Below are positions 12,928-27,443 of a stretch of 64,000 nucleotides of DNA, piece after piece. Within the stretch, counting starts at the first letter, position 1, and each line of letters starts with the position of its first letter. The stretch comes from Eledone cirrhosa (lineage: Eukaryota). The stretch covers positions 105,090,001 through 105,154,000 of the forward strand of contig OZ024745.1 of assembly GCA_964016885.1 (NCBI GenBank), written 5' to 3'. Both the position numbers and the translations under genes were made by a program. The notes beneath the pieces are model-generated. The model was not told the DNA's origin and did no database searches. It saw only the letters and a program-made list of their open reading frames with translations.

Positions 12928-13783
12928 CATACATTATATATTAATTTCAACAATGTCATTATTCCGTGTGTCATAATTCTCGATTATCATTGGTTTATAG
13001 GTTTCAAACGACTTCGCCCACCTCAACGATGCCAAACTTAAATTAATACGCATAATGCCAATGAGGGAGTGAGAGGGGAGAGTAAGAAACAGAGAGGCAA
13101 AGTGAACGCTGTAACTATTACCATGTGTGCATGTGTATGTACGTGCGCGTATGTTTATGTGTGTGTGCGTGCAGCGTTCCACAGAAAGTAAAAGCAATTC
13201 GACTTTATCAAACAGTGAACTACAGCGGCGACGGCGTGCAGCCAGGAATGAAGAAGAACGGGCCGAACAGCGCCATCGGAACGCCGAATTTCAGAGGCGA
13301 AGACGTGCCGCCATGAATGAAGAGGAGCTGACTGAACAACGCCAATGAAACACTGGAGCCAAGCAGTGACGGCGTGCTGCGATGGTTGAAGACGAACTGG
13401 CTGAGAATCATCTTTTATATTAATTATCTATATCTATATCTACATATAATATAAAAGATTGGAACTTCCATCATCCTTTTGAGAAGCGTGGAACAACCAC
13501 GTCTATGCAATGATACATGTTTTACAGTCAGACAGAAGATGAACCATCTCCTAGAAGTCACTATTCTAGGTGGGAGCACCTAGAATTGTTCATATACTAT
13601 GCACAAACGGTACAATGAAGAATCTGGTATATCTGGAAGATTTTTTTTACTGTTTTTTGTATCACACAGACACCACGGACTCGCCTCACTGTAACCAGAT
13701 AAACATCCAATACAGTCATTTTCTCTTTTACCTGTGTTCTCTTATCATCTGTTTACCCGGGCAAAGCTGGGTACGTCAGCTAA
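12928..13783 (+). mobile_element. Non-autonomous Helitron (internally deleted)
   Basis: 3' hairpin TACCCGG-GCAAAG-CTGGGTA then CTAA|T (CTRR end). Charged repeat ORF (QRRRRAARNEEERAEQR) and helicase C-terminus-like VGAPRIVHILCTNGTMKNLVY. 5' boundary approximate. Confidence 0.75.
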
Positions 13784-14575
13784 TATATTATAAATTCTGA
13801 GTCAACAGAGGCAACTTATACACAGTGAAATTTCCAAATCACATACTATTATCTTAAAAGAAATAAAAAAGAAAGCTCATATTAGATGAGGAGTCCACTA
13901 TCAGTTTTAATGTTGATAAGTTTTTTTATCAACTAATTTGTGATAGAACATATATGTATTCCAAAGACATGTCCCCTTGACGCATTTTCCAACTCAAATC
14001 AGAGTGACACAATATGTGACAAAGCTTGACATACAATCAGGCTTCCACACAGTTTCTGTCTCTCAGATTTTACTCCCAAAAGCTTGTGTCACCTATAGGC
14101 TATAATAAAATGATTTGCCTATGATGCCAAGCTGGCTGATCAAACACAGAACCTCATGATAGTGTAAGAAACTTCTTAACAATGTAGTCATGCCTGTATT
14201 TGGATAATGTAGTTCTGGATATGCAAAAAAGACACAGTGAGCAAAGCCAGAACATTTTTTTGATCATCAGTCTAGTAGATCATGGCTAACTTTGGGTTAA
14301 ACAATATAGAATCCATCACACCCTCCACCACAACTTACTCCAGCTCTAACTTAAAAGAAACTGAGTGAGAAAGACAGAGATGATAATTCTGTCTCAAGAA
14401 ATTTGTTGCTTTTCTAAGCAATTTTGTTTAACATTCACATCACTGATCTAGCTATAAGTTTAGTTTATTATTTTCTTTTTGTCTGTGTTAGTGTTGTTTT
14501 TAAACTTTCTTTTCAGACTAATTCATCAGCCATTCCACATTCCGTGTGTTGTTTAAAACTAGCATAATTTCTAAC

Positions 14576-14596
14576 GTGAAGTACACTGCCAAACGG
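14576..14596 (-). CDS. Candidate 21-nt alternative microexon of pygopus (PFGSVLH)
   Basis: tag|CCGTTTGGCAGTGTACTTCAC|gttaga; phase 0-0 inside a phase-0 intron; about 195 nt AG-free, U-rich stretch upstream. Confidence 0.45.
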
Positions 14597-17500
14597 CTAG
14601 CCATCAGTTACCAGAATTAGTTATGACGAAAGCAACAAAAGAACAAAAAACACATTTTTTTTAAATACAAAAAAAATATAAACAACAAAAAATATAAAAA
14701 ATAAAAATAAAGATAATTGTCAAAAAATGCAACAACGCACATATATATACATACATACACACAAAATGAAAGGAAATAACCAAAAAACACAAGCCTGACA
14801 ATTCAAGAGAAAGAATTCTAGAAAACGATAATGAGTTAGGAAAAGGGAAATATTATTTCACAGAAGGAAAATAACAAAATAAAAAAATGATTAATTAGAA
14901 GACTGTCTTTTATTAGATTATGGCAAAATAAACAATGAAATTTCTTTCTGAAGAAATCAAAAGAATACTACAAGTGAGTTGTAAGAAAAGACAGTATTAA
15001 AGCATAATAATTGTTTCTACTTTTGGCACAAGACCAGAAATTACCCCAGTGTATTACTTGTGCTTTATTTTATTGACCCCGTAAGGATAAACGACAAAGC
15101 TAACCTCAGCCATGACTCTATGGTGTCTCACGCTCTACTGATACTGCCAATCTACCATAATAATAAACAATAAAAGATGGTGCAGATAGACAGATAGCTC
15201 AGTAGTTGAACATTGGATTGAGGAGCAGGAGGCATAAACACTGCAGAGAATCCCTTTTAACTGTTGTAGTAGCATATGTAAACCTGGATCACAGCACTGT
15301 ACAATAAGGCCTGTTTTCCTGGTTAATGTTGCGAGCTCCATAGCAGGCTTCACACTCATCACACGGTCCTTTTGGAGACAATGTTTCATGGTCAGATGCC
15401 TTTCCTCACATCAACTCTTTTTGTAGCCTCTTTTGAATGATCCTAATCTAAACTGAATACCCAGCAAATAACCATCCAGCCCATGCCAACAATAACCATT
15501 TGCAACAGTAAGACCACATGCCAATCCTTTGTGATAAGATATGCACCTAAAGTTTGATGCTTCCTTTATAGCTAAATAAAATTTTATCAACACACTGTTG
15601 GATTTCAATTTACTCATTTCAAGTATACATACATTTTAAAATAATTATCAAAGCATTAATTAACCCCCCCCCCCCAAAAAAAAAACACAAGTGAATTAAC
15701 AGCATTCTATAAAAGATATTTGAATACATGAATTAGATTTAGAATTTACAATCAACTCCACGCAGGATAGTGGTTCATTGTAGTAGGATAATTTTTCTTT
15801 TCTTTCATACAGACATACTCGTGGAATAGAATAATTTATGCTTGGTTCAATGCAGCTTAAAGTGAAGAACTGACAGGAAAATAATAATTGTTTCTACTTT
15901 TGGCACAAGGCCAGCAATTACCCAGTGCATTACTGGTACTTTATTTTATCGACCCCGTAAGGATGAAAGGCAAAGTCAACCTCGGCGGGATTTGAACTCA
16001 GATCGTAAAGGGACGTAACTATGCTGGAAAGCATGGCGTCCGACCCTCTACCTATACTGCCAATCCATCGCCTATAATAATAAACTCAACTATGATAGGT
16101 TGAAACAGTTGTAGAATAAATTAGTTTAATGTAAGAAAGAGGAAAAGCCAAACATTTTGGGCATTACTCATCATAGGAGAGCAATGTTTTCTGATGGTAG
16201 CAAAGAGATACGTTAGAGAGAGATGGGGGGAATAAGGGAAAGAGGGGTCACGTAATGACATGTTGGACAGCAGTCAAAGAGGGGAAATACTCAACAAGAA
16301 CACTAGTAATGTTGAAAAATGAAAAAGGAAGGGGGAAAAGATTAAGACAACCAAGAGATGACCAATAAGAGCAGTGCAGAATTAAGAAACACGAGAGAGG
16401 AAGCATTATTTTTATGTACAGCCCTTGCCATTCTGAGTTCAAATCTCGCCGAGGTTAACTTTGCCTTTCATCCTTACGGGGTCGATAAAATAAAGTACCA
16501 GTAATGTACTGGGTAATTGCTGGCCTTGTGCCAATAGTAGAAACAATTATTTTTATGTCCACTTTCAGATGCTGGCATGGGTTGAACTGGATGTTTTGTG
16601 TTTTACAGCTGGATGTCTTTTTGATGCCAACTCTTTTAGTTGCCTCTTATGACATACAGACATACAATGCATCTATTCTAAAAGCCTAGATACACATAGG
16701 ATTACATATATATTATATAATTGTTTCTACTTTAGGCACAAGGCCAGCAATTACCCAGTGCATTACTGGTACTTTATTTTATCGACCCCTTAAGGATGAA
16801 AGGCAAAGGCAAAGTCAACCTCGGCGGGATTTGAACTCAGATCGTAAAGGGACGTAACTATGCTGGAAAGCATGGCGTCCGACCCTCTACCGATACTGCC
16901 AATCCACCGCCCTTATATATATTATATAATAGTTGTGAAATTGTTAACTTGATTATATGTTATAAGCCGAGACATGTCAATAGATTTTGTTTTCGAAAGT
17001 TAGCTCCAATCAGCATTCTTCCATTTGTTTAGATACACTGAAGACTAGACAGAAAAACAGAAGAGCTTTTGTATGAACCAATGAGAGGACCTCTACATTA
17101 TCACATGATCTACTAAAAATTCTTCTTCTTCTTCTTAGGTACTCTGTCGGTTACAACGACGAGTGTTCCAGTTGATCCAATCAACAGAGCAGCCTGCTTG
17201 TGAAATTAACGTGCCAGTGGCTGAGCATTTCACAGACATGCATACCTTTATCTAGTTTGCAGCGAGTGTCCTTGAGCAAAACACTTTATTTCACGTTGTT
17301 TCAGTCCACTCAGCTGGCAAAATTGGGTTGTACCTGTAGTTTGAAGAACCAGCCTACTAGAAATAGTAACCAAATATTGCACAATTCACACCCTACTGTC
17401 TTAAAATGGGAAGCTTATATTGGATAATGTTATCCTAGATAAAGTAGAGGAGGGAAAATGAGTATTTTCTCATATCTATATGTTCCTTAAAATAAATGTG

Positions 17501-17817
17501 GCAATGATAATGGGTATGTCTGTGACCAGTAGACAATGAATGCCAACTCTGACTAGTGTTAAAGTTGTGAATATTGAAAGATCAACAACCTGAACAAGTG
17601 ATTATCAAACAAAACAATATCATTATAGTGTATTTTAAGGTGGTGAATTGGCATGCTTTGACACATAGAGTTATGGCCCTTGCCATTCTGAGTCCAAATC
17701 CCGCCGAGGTTTACTTTGCCTTTCATCCTTACGGGGTCGATAAAATAAAGTACCAGTAATGCACTGAGTAATTGCTGGCCTTGTGCCAAAAGTAGAAACA
17801 ATTATAGTGTATTTTAA

Positions 17818-17968
17818 CCCTTTAACATTTACATTAACCTGTATTTACTATTGTATTTTCATGGTAAAGGCTTTATCTCACATAATTATTTCACACAATA
17901 TCGAATCTATGAGATTTTGATATTTATTTTGAGAACAATACCCTAACACTGGTTTAAATGTTAAAGGG
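17818..17968. mobile_element. piggyBac-type MITE, internally deleted
   Basis: TTAA TSDs and CCCTTTA TIRs; sits in the TSD of the neighbouring SINE. Confidence 0.85.
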
Positions 17969-18421
17969 TTAAAATAATTAGTCTTTAAACTAGGGCAATG
18001 AATATCAACTCTAACTAGTGTTAAAGTTGTAAATCTGTAAGATCAACAACCTGAACAAGTGGTTATAAAACAAAACAATATCATTATAGTGTATTTTAAA
18101 GAGATTCAATTATTTATCTTAATCCTGTAAAATAAAGTGGGTAAGTATCAAAGATAAGAAACAAACCAAAGTAGTCGAGTGAATAAATCAAAACCAGTGT
18201 TATGTGTATGGATATGTATGCATATACAGACATGCCAACATTGAGTGCACTACTAATACAACAGATAACAATACATAATTTAGCTGGCTAGACTGTCAAA
18301 TCAGAACATTTGTCCACTCCCCACTAACACCACCTCAACCACCTATCATTTCCATAGAATTAAATATAATTTATTGAACTTTCGAGCCTCTGATTTGTAA
18401 ATTATAAATTGGAACTACAAG

Positions 18422-18472
<51 letters not shown>

Positions 18473-18566
18473 TAAAAGACTAATTGTCAACAATATCTTT
18501 TGCATTTGCATTATTTATTCTATGTCCATACCTGCATTGTTTTGGCTTTGTTATACATATACAAAC

Positions 18567-18606
<40 letters not shown>

Positions 18607-18671
18607 AATCTTGCAGGATTCCAAGGCCAGAATTTATCTAATCTATCTTACGGACGATCTGTCGATTTTGA

Positions 18672-21600
18672 GAATGTAGGCACCTTGAAAGGTCGATCAA
18701 ATGAGGTTGTAGAGATGCTTGAACGTAAAGAAGTTGATGTTTGTTGTGTTCAAGAGACTAGGTGGAGAGGTGGGTCTGCCAGATTCATCGTGGGTAAAAA
18801 ACGATGCTAAAAACTTTTCTGGGTGAGAAATGACAACGGACTGAGTGGTGTAGGAATTATGTTAGATGAAAAATGGGTAGATAAGGTAATTGACGTAAAT
18901 AGAGTAAATGACAGAATAATTAAAATAAGACTAGTTCTAAATAGAACTACTGTGACAATATCCACTTATGCACCCCAATCTGGACTGCCTGGCGTTATAA
19001 AAGACAGATTCTATGAGTCGCTAATGCTCACTACCTCCCAACTAACCGACAGTGACTACATAATTATTGCTGGCGACCTAAACGGTCACGTTGGACAACA
19101 TAGTGATGGCTATGATGGAATCCATGGAGGCTATGGGTTTGGAAATAGAAATGAGGAGGCTTCAGAATCCTGGAATTCTGTGACGCTAATAACCTAACTA
19201 TCTGTAACACAAACTTCATAAAACGAGAAAACCACTTGATCACCTATAGATCAGGGAAACACGCCAGCCAGATAGATTATATCCTTACTAGAAGACGTGA
19301 CAAAGTGTCTATTGTAAACACTAAATCCCTCCCCCGTGAAGAATGCACCTCCCAACATAGCCTAGTAGTTAGTGACCTCATAGTCAGGAATAGACGTACT
19401 CAACGACAGAGGAGGACTACCACGAGGAGAAGAATATGGAAGTTGAAGGACCCCATAGCCAGTGACAAATTTAAAAGCTTATTACTTGATGCCTTTGACA
19501 ATAAGGAAGAGCAACTAGAGACGTGCAATATAGAGGAACAGTGGGAATTCCTGAAAGTGAACCTGCTGAAAGCAACGGATGAAATCTGTGGCTGGAACAG
19601 ACCTATTGGTAGGAGGAGAGTAACTTGGTGGTGGAACAGTAAGGTGGAGGAGACAATCCAGGCCAAAAAGTAGGCTTGGAAAGTATGGCAGGATGGGGGA
19701 AGTAGAGAACACTATCAAGTGGCCAGGAGAGAAGCTAGGAGACAAGTGTACTTTGAAGCAGAAGATAGAAAGTTCAAGCATGTTCTACAACGTGAGGACC
19801 AAAAATGTGAGGTGTTCAGGATTGCTAGACAATGTGTCAAGGAAAACCGTGATATTGTCGGGGAGAAGTGTGTCCGTAATGGTAATGGTGTACTTGCCCT
19901 CACTGATACTAATAAGAAGATAGCTTGGAAGTGTCACTACGAGAGACTACTAAATGAGGAGAATAAATGGGAAAAAGATAGTCTGCCTCAAATCGATCCA
20001 ATAGAAGGAGCAGCGGTGCAAGTTAAAGGTAGTATAATAAGTAAGGCAATCAAAGATATGAAGACAGACAAGGCAGCTGGGCCTTTGGAGATAGTTGCTG
20101 AGATGTTGAAGGCATCTGGAATGGTGGCACACACTATGGTCACCCGTATAGTTAACCAAGTAATACAGAATGATGTAGCAGCATCATCATTAACTGCTAC
20201 AAGGGTTAAGGGGATGCTCTAGATAGGGGAAACTACAGAGGCATTAAGTTAATTGACCAGGTCATGAAGGTCACAGAAAGAGTTATAGCGCAACTAATCA
20301 GAGCGAATTGATCTAGATGAAATGCAGTTTGGGTTTGTGTCAGGTAAAAGTACCACAGACGCTCTTTTCCTTGTATGACAACTTCATGAGAAGTACCTAG
20401 CTAAAAGTAAACCCTTCTACTTAGCTTTTGTAGACCTGGAGAAAGCCTTTGACAGAGTCCCCCACTCCATTATCTGGTGGGCTCTTAGAAAACTGAGAGC
20501 TATACAAGCCATGTATAAAGAAACAGTCAGTAAGGTTAGAATTAACAATGAATTTTGTGAAGAATTTAGTGTAAAAGTTGGTGTTCATCAAGGCTCTGTC
20601 CTTAGCCCCTTCATATTTATTATTGCCCTTCAAGCTATAACAGAGGAGTTTAAGATCGGCTGCCCATGGGAGCTCCTATACACAGATGATCTAACTCTCA
20701 TAGCTGAATCTATGGCTGAACTAGAGAAGAAAATCAAAACATGGAAGCATGGCCTAGAATCAAAATGCCTTAAAGTTAACTTGTTTGTAGAAAGGAAAAT
20801 GGCCATGCTCAGTGTGTAGGAAAGGAGTAGGCAGAAATTCCATTTTATGTCCCAAATGCAAACTATAGGTACATAAAAGATGTAGTGGGATCACAGGTAA
20901 ACTATCTAAGAATGTGGATTTTATATGTGACCGATGCTCAGATTCAATAAGTAGCAAGTGCCCCCAGGATACTAGCTCCTATTGCCCAGATGGTTCTATA
21001 GAAATAGTGAACACTTTCCGTTACCTGGGTGACAAAATCGGCAGTGGTGGAGGGTGCTCTGAAAGTACAGTAGCCAGAGTCAGAACGGGATGGAAAAAGT
21101 TCAGAGATATTATACCGCTGTTGGTCACAAAAGGTTTCTCTCTAAAAATGAAAGGCAGATTGTATGATGCCCGTATGCAAACAGCAATGCTACATGGCAG
21201 TGAGACATGGGTATTGCGTGCAGAGGACCTGCACAGAATGGAAAGGAATGAGGCATGCATGCTCCTTTGGATGTGTAATAGTAATATACGTGAACGGCAA
21301 ATCATAAATGAACTAAGTGAGAAATTAGGAATAAGAGGGATCAGATGCTGTTTACTTGAGAGAAGACTATGTTGGTATGGTCACGTGATACGCATGAAAG
21401 ACGACAGCTGTATAAAAAAGTGCAGGGCGATTAAAATTGATGGAAGTTACAGAAAAACCTGGGACGATTTGATAAATTCCGACCTTACACACTTGCACCT
21501 CTCTAAGACAATGTCACTGGACCGAGATCTTTGGTGTTACACAGTTATACAGAAGACCCGCCTTGCAAATATACACCCCAATCCACTACCCCTACCCTAT

Positions 21601-21785
21601 CCTCCCACTCCCACTAATACCACCCTCTCTGATATTTTAGTACCTTATTTTCATAGAATTTGAAGTTGGTCAGACACTATATCTACCCAACATATGGTCA
21701 TCTGATCTGACTTATCTCACAGCAGCACAACACATCTAACCAATACTAGTGTCGAAAAATGGACTTTAAATGGTGATGGTGATGT
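18672..21785 (+). mobile_element. RTE-clade LINE, near full-length, degenerate (APE endonuclease + RT)
   Basis: NVGTLKGRS, CVQETRWRG, GDLNGHVG, SQIDYIL (APE); FVDLEKAFD, GVHQGSVLSP, LYTDD (RT); multiple frameshifts and stops; (GAT)-like tail near 21770. Confidence 0.95.
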
Positions 21786-22771
21786 ATGAGTGAATACATG
21801 AGCCTTTGAGTACGCATGTATGTGGGTGTAAGCATGTATACATTAAGGCAGAGCTAATAAGTTTAATTTATTAACTAAAAACCATCAATTAAAATCTTGC
21901 TTATCCTTTTTTGTTATGCTCGCAGGCAAAATATACTGCATAAAGGAACATCATTTACCCTATGAAAATGATGATGATATGTAAATAACAATTCTTTACT
22001 AAGATATTTATTTAACACTCACTCTAACAAATAAGATAGAAAATTGTAAAAAGATGATTAAGTTGTTAATAAGCAAGAATTTTTTGAATTAGTCTATATT
22101 ATACAAAATAAACATCTATTTAAAGAAAACAGTAATAATATAAAAGAAAATAAAGAAAGCCAAATTGCTACCACTATTTTGTACATTTTTATTATAAATA
22201 TTTGATAGTCTTCAGCAATGAAGATATTTCAGACAATAGAGAACAGTTCTGCATTCAAATCTTCATAAGGTTAACTTTGATATTCATCTTTTTGGGGTTA
22301 ATAAAATTAATTATTACTAATATATTAGTCAACTGAATTATGCAACTCTCATAAAAAATGTGGCTTATATCTACCAAACAGAAGGGCCACTATTTGATAA
22401 GCAGAGACATCTTTTTTGGTAGTTTGGGATGAGGATCAAAGTGATTGGTCAGTTTAATCCTTTTGCATCTAAACCGGCCATATCCGACCAGAATACTCTC
22501 ACCTGTTTCTGTTCAAACCGGCTGTAACTGGCCACTCATACTGATGTTAAGGTAGTGTTCTCAAAATAAATATCAAAATCTCATAGATTCGATACTACAT
22601 GAAATATTATGTGAAATAAAGTGTTTACCATGAAAATATAATAGTATATATAGAGTAATGTATAATTCTATAATTCTACTAAAGGGTTAATCCTAAACAC
22701 AAGTTGTCAAAAGAGTCATCATCATGCTAATTTTTACAGAGAGACTAGATATATACATATGACTGTATTTA

Positions 22772-25105
22772 CTGTATATACTCATATATAAGTTGAGAAA
22801 TGTGACCAAAAAAAAAAAAAAAAAAAAAGGGTCAATATTTTGATAATTTTCACCAACTTCAAATTCTATGAAAATAAGGTACTAAAATATCTGGAGTGAT
22901 TATTTCGTAATGAAACACTGTTTATCTATATTTACTACATCGTCATGTTATTGATGCATTCCTCTGAGAACATTCCAAACAATTTTTTTATAATTTGACC
23001 TTTTTAATATATAAATATACCCTAGATGGCTGTTTTTCTCTGTAACTTAATTATACTTTTTCTTTCTATCCTCCTTCTATCTTGTATTTAATTGCTCTAG
23101 CTCTTTCACCTTTCTCTCACTCTCTCATTTTCTTGCTGTGCCTCTCCTTAGTCAATCTCTTTTTCAACTATTCCTTATTATGTCCCCTTGCCCATAGTTT
23201 CAATCACCCCCCCCTCCTGGTATTTTTAATGATCTCCTTAACAGTTAAAGAAAATGTTAAAAAAATATCTTAAATATCTATGGGGTAAAAGGCTAGATTA
23301 ATAATATCATCATCATCACCATTTTACGTCCATTCTTCCACGCTAGCATTGGTTAGACGGGTTGTCCTGTTGTGGGCAGTGTCCAGTCAGCTGACCTTGT
23401 CTTGCTCATACAGGAACAGATTCTGGCTTGATTTCTACAGCTGGATGCCCCTCCTAACACCAACCTCATTTACAGTGAGTGTTGGGTGCCTTTTTTTTCC
23501 GTGGCGCCTACACGTCTACTTTACAGTGTGGGCTGGGTGCTTTTTTTTTTTGCCGTGGCACCTCCATGACCACTTTGCAGTGGAATGATAGCTGAATAAA
23601 CTGGAGCAATGTGAAATAAAGTGTCTTGCTCAAGGAAACAACACATCACCCGGTCCGAGAATTGAACTCACAACCTTTCGATTGCAAGCCCAATGCTCTA
23701 ACCACTAAGCCATTTTAATTTGTAAGTAATAATCTGGATGATTTAAATAATTTTTAACCAACTTACATGGTTTAAAAAATTATACAGTGTAAAAATGAAC
23801 TAATAAAGAAAAATATATTCTTTTTCAAAATTACACCAATGTGGAATATTAAACTTTTTATTTAACTGAGTGAGAGGGCATGCTGGCAGGAGATGTGTGT
23901 AATTGTAAAAATCTACATAAAGCTTTAATACTTATAAGATGTTAAATTGTTTCCAAGTTTTTTTTAAGGCATGCAATTTCATTTGATGTGATATTAAATA
24001 AAAATCTGTTACAATCAGATGTTGCTATTGTTATCTGCTAAAAAAAAGAAAAAGAAGTAAAATACTCCTAGCCTTTGAGTAGCAGGAAGTAAAAAAAAAA
24101 ACTTGTGAAACTTGTTAAGACTTTATAAAACAGATGAAATGTTAAAAAAATCATTTTGTAATGGAGTTGTGAAACAAACTATACTCTAAACAACACTAAC
24201 AACATTTTAAATATCAAAATATTAAAGCTTCATAAATATATTCTCCACTCATAAGAATTTCAAAACTGCACCCTCTAAACATGTGTTGATTAGCTGCCTT
24301 GGCTCTAAATTAACTATCAAAATATATGATAGTGCACATACTTAAATATGGAATGATACGCGACCCCCCCCCCCACACACACACAGCCCCAGCAGACAGG
24401 ATGGCGAAGGCGTTTCCCCAGAGGACGGCGAGGGAGACACGCTGGAAAAGCCACTCTAACTCGCAGGGCTCACACATGCGGCTGGCCAGCTCAATGCCTA
24501 TGGTGGTGAGTAGGGAGGTAGCCCTAGGGCTGAGGACACCAGAAGTCTCCACTGCCAGGGGTACAACCGCAAACCTGTCGGAGAGTGACCGGTATTTGAG
24601 GAGTTTGGTCTCCTCGGCCCGATGTGCAGCAGAACTTGGGTTAGTTGCAGACTGCACCAGGTTGCGGGTGCAGAAAGTTCGGTGCAAGTAGCAACCCAGA
24701 GGAGGGGTTTGCCACCGCAGAATGGGAAGATGGTCATGCCATCTAGCCTTCTGCTGTCCCCTCGGTCCAGCCCCACCGGCTCGAGCTGGGAAGGGAAGCC
24801 CGTAGTGTCCAAGCCAAGCTTTATGACCTCATTGAGGGCGGCATGGCGTGGAAGGCGGCTGGCACTGTGGCGACAGCAAAGCGGGTGGAGGCCGAAAGAG
24901 TCCACGGTGGATCCGCAGCGATATTGGTGTGGTTCGCAGATCCTGAGGCTGAGCCTCAAGGAAACACCGATGCGCAGGCTATTGTTGTCTAGCTGCGTGC
25001 CAGTGGAGAAGGAGGGCAGGGCATGGAGCTTATGAACAGGGTTTGGATTTTTGCCCATTTCTCTGACATAAAATAGGGTTTTGACTTATATTCAAGTATA
25101 TAGGG
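22772..25105. mobile_element. pogo/Tigger-like non-autonomous element with nested insertions
   Basis: TA TSD; TIR pair CTGTATATACTCATATATAAGTTGA and TTGACTTATATTCAAGTATATAGGG; subterminal sequence matches the shorter copy at about 48240-48682. Confidence 0.6.
24385..25030 (-). mobile_element. CRE-like (restriction-like endonuclease) non-LTR retrotransposon 3' fragment
   Basis: RHAALNEVIK..LEPVGLDRGDSRRLDGMT.PF..GKPLLWVATC and PLAVETSG..LFQRVSLAV..GNA (zinc knuckle + RLE C-terminus); markedly GC-rich. Confidence 0.85.
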
Positions 25106-27406
25106 TATGTTTATAACTCATGCTGTGTTACTATAGTAATAATTATTTGACAGCCTATAAAGCGGTTGGTGGAGAAACAGACACAAGTAGTAGAGAAGAC
25201 TCTTTAGTCTTGCAAAGAACATTTTTTTTTTAATGTTTAGTCAATGAGGGAAAGGCAGAGTCCATGACATTTTTCATGGCCTTCAATACTAATGAAAAGT
25301 AGGAAGGTGGGTGTCTTAAAAATAGAGACCTCGCCTGAATACTCAGAACAAAGTGGACACCACTAAAGGCACCCAAGGGTCAGGTGATAATTAAATTCAT
25401 AGCTTGAATGTTTGTGACAGAGTGTTAACCTGGAGGTCACAAGTTGGTCACAGCAGCATTTGATCTCATAATGCAAAGAGTTGAAAAAACTACCACAAGA
25501 CATCTTGTCTGGTCCTCTAACAATTCTAATAATCCACCAACCTGAACTGGTACTTATGTTAGTGCCCAGGAAAGGAGGAAAGGCAAAGTTGATCGTGGTG
25601 GGATTTGAACTTAGAATGTAAAAAGGTGGTATAAATGTCATGACAACCTTTCTTATGCTGGTGCCACAATAAAATACACCTAGTATACTCCCTAAAATGG
25701 TTAGTATTAGGAAGGGCTCCCAGATATAGAAACCCTGAATAGAAGATGACTGTTTGTTAAAACTTGTTTAACCCATGGCAGCATAGAAAACAGACATAAA
25801 ATGATGATGATGATGATGATACTACTTCAATACTAAGGGTTTTGATCAAGCAAGATTACTAAAAAAGACAAAAAAAAAATTACAGCATGATGCCTGAATA
25901 GAATGATGCAGAGAAATGGTGACTAAGAACACGAGAAACACATTTGGTTGAGAAAATCTAAGATACCCAATATACTATTTTTTATGGAAAATTACATACA
26001 TTATATCTAATAACTGATCAATAACATTGCAGTGAGTAAAATATATTCTAAACACAGTGCAGGAACTTGTTAAAGAAGTGATTGCTATTCAATGAAAATT
26101 ATGATCAGTTTGTCTAATATCCAACAAAAATATAAGTGTAATTAAAGAGTTTCTTTATAAAGTGTCTTTCCTTGACAAAAATGATAAAGGTGCAGTGCTT
26201 GTCCAATAAAATAAATGTTACCTGGACCCTAGGGAGTGAGAAATCCCTAGTGATAGCTGATCATTACATTTTTGTTTTTATTGTTTGATTATATATATAA
26301 TATATAAAATGTTGGTACAACTGCTAACAGCAAGTCAGTTTGATGGGAACTAAAAAAATATTGGATTTCTAAATACAGAAAACAAAAAAAAAACAAAAAT
26401 AAATAAATAATAATAATTATAACAATAAAAAAATATTTACAAGAAAAATAACAAAAGACAAACACTATATCTTTTGTCATGTAATAAATGAAATTCAAGT
26501 AAAAATAAAATTTCCTAGTCTTCCACCCACCCTAAAAATATTTTTTTTCTGAATTGGCTATGATTTTCACAAAGAAAATCTTACATTTTTTAAAGGAGTC
26601 TACAATATAATATGAAAGCATGTAATTGTACATCTCAATTTCTTTCTTTTAAAGCAACTTCTCTGATAAAAAAAACAAACATTATTGTAAGCATAATGAA
26701 GATCATGCAAAAAATATATAAGTAGGCTCTTACAACCCATTTATAACACATTTAAATTTCCCTTCTCTTCTTTTTTTATTTCTGTTGTGCTGTATTGCAC
26801 ATGAGACCATTATTGCATGATTCCAGTAGTATTTTAATTCTTTTATAAGATGTTACCATAACCCTTTAGCATTTAAACTGACCAGAATTCTCTCACCACT
26901 TTCTGTTCAAACTAGCCATAAATGGCTGTTCATACTTATGTTAAGTTATTGTTCTCAAAATAAATAATATCAAAATCTCGTAGATTCGATATTACGTGAG
27001 GTAAAGTGTTAACCATGAATATACAATAGTAAATATAGAGTAATTTCATTTTATTTCATTTTACGTCTGCTTTGTCCCTGCTTGCAAGGGTGGGACGGGA
27101 ACTGATTTTGGCTTGATTTCTACAGCTGGATGCCCTCCCTAACACCAACCTCATTTACAGTGAGTGCTAGGTGTTTTTTTGCTGTGGCACCTCCATGACC
27201 ACTTTGCAGTGGAATGATATGGACCCCAGTCCCTATCATCTCATTTCTACAGCTGAGTAAACTGGAGCAATGTGAAATAAAGTGTCTTGCTCAAGGAAAC
27301 AACACATCACCCGGTCTGAGAATTGAACTCAATGTAAATGCTAAATGGTTAAGCATTTCTGGAGATAGGGAGAGTTTGAGTGGTTCTTTTCCATGAGTCT
27401 TCTCTC

Positions 27407-27443
<37 letters not shown>

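Noticed and set aside
14570-14591. miR-34/449-like seed TGGCAGTG on the minus strand
   Set aside because: No pre-miRNA hairpin visible; the remaining sequence does not match miR-34.
16085-16220. Partial hammerhead-like words (TGATGA, GAAAC)
   Set aside because: Core incomplete and stems do not pair; at most a decayed Penelope remnant.
26320-26465. U-rich tract and tandem acceptors in intron 2
   Set aside because: No frame-preserving exon with a credible donor.
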